Origin: an uncultured Aliarcobacter sp.
GTDB taxonomy: Bacteria > Campylobacterota > Campylobacteria > Campylobacterales > Arcobacteraceae
DNA length: 64,000 nucleotides
Reading direction: 5' to 3'
NCBI GenBank assembly: GCA_963677435.1
Contig: OY781945.1
Span: 2,464,001-2,528,000, forward strand
The position numbers were made by a program, and so were the translations under genes. Positions 62,140 to 64,000 of this stretch are shown one piece after another. Within the stretch, counting starts at the first letter, position 1. Each line of letters opens with the position of its first letter. The notes beneath the pieces were generated by a model that had not been told where the DNA came from, did no database searches, and worked only from the letters and a program-made list of their open reading frames with translations.

Positions 62140-63362
62140 TAAATCCAAGAATTATAGATTATATATTTTCATCAGCTTCAATTCAAAGATGGAATGACTA
62201 TCCAAGAATGGTTGAATTAGTTGAACTTGATAAACAAGCTCATAAATTTATTATTGCATATTTTATTGCAAAACTAGAAAAAGATATAAATTTTACACAC
62301 CTAATAGAAGCTGGAATTTTTGAGTTTTTAAGACGAGTTGTTGTAACTGATATTAGACCTGATGTTTTTAGAAAAGCTCTACAAAAAAAATCAAAAGAGA
62401 TTAACTCTTGGGTTATTTCAAAATTAACTCCATCAATTAAAGATATAGATAATGGGAATTTCTTACAAAAATTTGAAGAGTATTTATCAAATCCTGAGAT
62501 GTACAAAAAAGAGAGATTTATTTTAAAAGCTGCTTCTTATTTAGCAACCAAATGGGAATTTTCTATTGTTTATCAAACAAGTCAATTTTTAAATGATATT
62601 GAAAATGTGAAAAAAAGTGTTGATGAAGAACTTGAAGATTATTATGAATTAATTGGAGTGCGAAAAATTGCTCTAAATAAAAAACTTGCAAAAATCATAG
62701 ATTTAAGTGGAAGATTAAGATTTCAAAAAAGATGGGCTCAGACTCCAAGAATTCCTGAAACTTCAGTTTTAGGACATATGTTAACGGTTGCAATTTTTGG
62801 ATATTTTTTCTCACTTGAAGTAAATGCTTGTGATAAAAGATTACAAAACAACTTCTTTACAGCCCTATTTCATGATTTACCAGAAGCACTAACCAGAGAT
62901 ATTATAACTCCTGTAAAATATTGCGTAGATGAGTTATCTGACATAATAGCTGAGTATGAAATTGAAAAAATACAAGATGATATTTTGCCAAATATTCCAG
63001 AAATTTTACACGATGAATTTTCTTATATTCTAGGACTTTATGATGGAATAAAAGAAGAGTTTCAAAATAAAATCTATGAAGACAAAATCCAAATTGTAGA
63101 AGATGTTTCAAAATATAACTCTAATAAATACAATGCCATTGATGGATTAGCACTTAAACAATGTGATAAATTATCAGCTTTTGTGGAAGCTAGTTTATCT
63201 ATTTCTCATGGAATAAAATCAAAAGAGTTAATAAGTGGTAAAAAACAGATTTTAAAAGGTTTAAAAACAGTTCAAGGGATTGATTTTAAAGCAATTGCAA
63301 CTCAAATAGACTACGAGTTTGGAACAACTGGACAAACTCAAGTTAGAATGGAATTTGATTAA
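62136..63362 (+). CDS. Tandem HD-domain phosphohydrolase (YfbR-like fold, duplicated)
   Basis: Domain 1 IQRWND...QAH (HD degenerate); domain 2 QKRWAQ...SVLGH...ALFHDLPEALTRDIITPVK...DKL; TTG start. Confidence 0.85.
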   Translation: MINPRIIDYIFSSASIQRWNDYPRMVELVELDKQAHKFIIAYFIAKLEKDINFTHLIEAGIFEFLRRVVVTDIRPDVFRKALQKKSKEINSWVISKLTPSIKDIDNGNFLQKFEEYLSNPEMYKKERFILKAASYLATKWEFSIVYQTSQFLNDIENVKKSVDEELEDYYELIGVRKIALNKKLAKIIDLSGRLRFQKRWAQTPRIPETSVLGHMLTVAIFGYFFSLEVNACDKRLQNNFFTALFHDLPEALTRDIITPVKYCVDELSDIIAEYEIEKIQDDILPNIPEILHDEFSYILGLYDGIKEEFQNKIYEDKIQIVEDVSKYNSNKYNAIDGLALKQCDKLSAFVEASLSISHGIKSKELISGKKQILKGLKTVQGIDFKAIATQIDYEFGTTGQTQVRMEFD

Positions 63363-63371
63363 AATATAGAA

Positions 63372-63399
63372 AAAATATAGCTTTTAAAAGCTATATTTT
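63372..63399. terminator. Perfect 28-bp palindrome; probable bidirectional terminator
   Basis: AAAATATAGCTTTTAAAAGCTATATTTT between convergent genes; overlaps the last codons of the TonB receptor. Confidence 0.65.
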
Positions 63400-64000
63400 A
63401 AATTAACATATCCATATCTTCCTGGATCATTGAATAACACTCTTTCAGAACCAACTGATGCATATGTAATATCTTGATATGTATTTGTTGAGTTATAAAC
63501 TTTATCAAATAGATTATCAACTCCAAGGGTTACACCAAAATTTTTAAATAACTGATTTGCATATTTTAAATTAAATAGTGCATAACCTGCTAACTCTTGC
63601 TCTTTTGCAGAACTATCATAACTATTCCATCTATCAACTGCTATTACCTCAGCTGTATATTTTGATTTGTCCATCTCATAATTTAGTGCTAAGTTTGCTT
63701 TTAGTGGTGGGATTTCTGCTAAATCTTTGTCAGTAGCATCACCATCTTTTTTCCCTCTTTGATATGCAACTCCATAATCTAAAGATAAATTATCAGTCAT
63801 AAAATAGAATCCTGAAATATCTAAACCATATATTTTTGCATCAATATTTTCAAATTTTGACCCACTGTTATAAATATAATCTTTTAATACTGAATAAAAT
63901 AATTTTGGTTTAATATTAAATGTTCCGATAGTTTTATCAAAGCCTAAATCTGCTTCATAATTTTTTGTTTGATCTAAATCAGAATTACCTGTACTTGAAT
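63384..64000 (-). CDS. TonB-dependent outer membrane receptor, C-terminal part (5' end lies beyond the window)
   Basis: The frame stays open past the ORF-track ATG (GNSDLDQTKNYEADLGF...ENIDAKIYGLD); GVDNLFDKVY, PGR and terminal YVNLKYSF beta-signal. Confidence 0.9.
   Translation of the reverse strand, partial: SSTGNSDLDQTKNYEADLGFDKTIGTFNIKPKLFYSVLKDYIYNSGSKFENIDAKIYGLDISGFYFMTDNLSLDYGVAYQRGKKDGDATDKDLAEIPPLKANLALNYEMDKSKYTAEVIAVDRWNSYDSSAKEQELAGYALFNLKYANQLFKNFGVTLGVDNLFDKVYNSTNTYQDITYASVGSERVLFNDPGRYGYVNLKYSF

Overview
This is an AT-rich chromosomal window whose gene content, gene order and promoter style point to Campylobacterota, most likely Arcobacteraceae (an inference; no search was run). 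About 1-8.3 kb is an accessory signalling and stress block: a partial BvgS-like sensor, a four-gene operon (short molybdopterin oxidoreductase, DJ-1/PfpI, PNPOx-like protein, TehB-like methyltransferase), a KefB/C-type antiporter and a PAS-GGDEF cyclase. 8.3-13.6 kb holds apt-trpB-dedA-pepA, a signal-peptide-bearing ATP-dependent DNA ligase (Lig E type) and a pilin-like gene. 13.6-34.7 kb is a 21-ORF Wzx/Wzy polysaccharide (O-antigen-like) cluster. Its most notable part is a ddhA-ddhB-[ThDP enzyme]-[SDR]-ddhC module, the gene set expected for a branched-chain 3,6-dideoxy sugar (yersiniose type), here without ddhD. It sits alongside a dTDP-Fuc3NAc/Qui3NAc module and a QuiNAc/FucNAc-type initiation module. 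34.8-64 kb is mostly housekeeping: ispG-dnaB, lysS-glyA, trpE, pdxJA, pyrH-rpoZ-spoT-tyrS-fabX-amiA, lptG-pth-rplY, folD-lepB-rpiB, DUF2156+GNAT, a tandem-HD protein and a partial TonB-dependent receptor. Items missed by the ORF track include a 37-aa membrane microprotein coupled to the HD gene, a probable ATT-initiated signal peptide on amiA, and a probable leaderless ispG mRNA. I saw no tRNA, rRNA, CRISPR array or intact mobile element.
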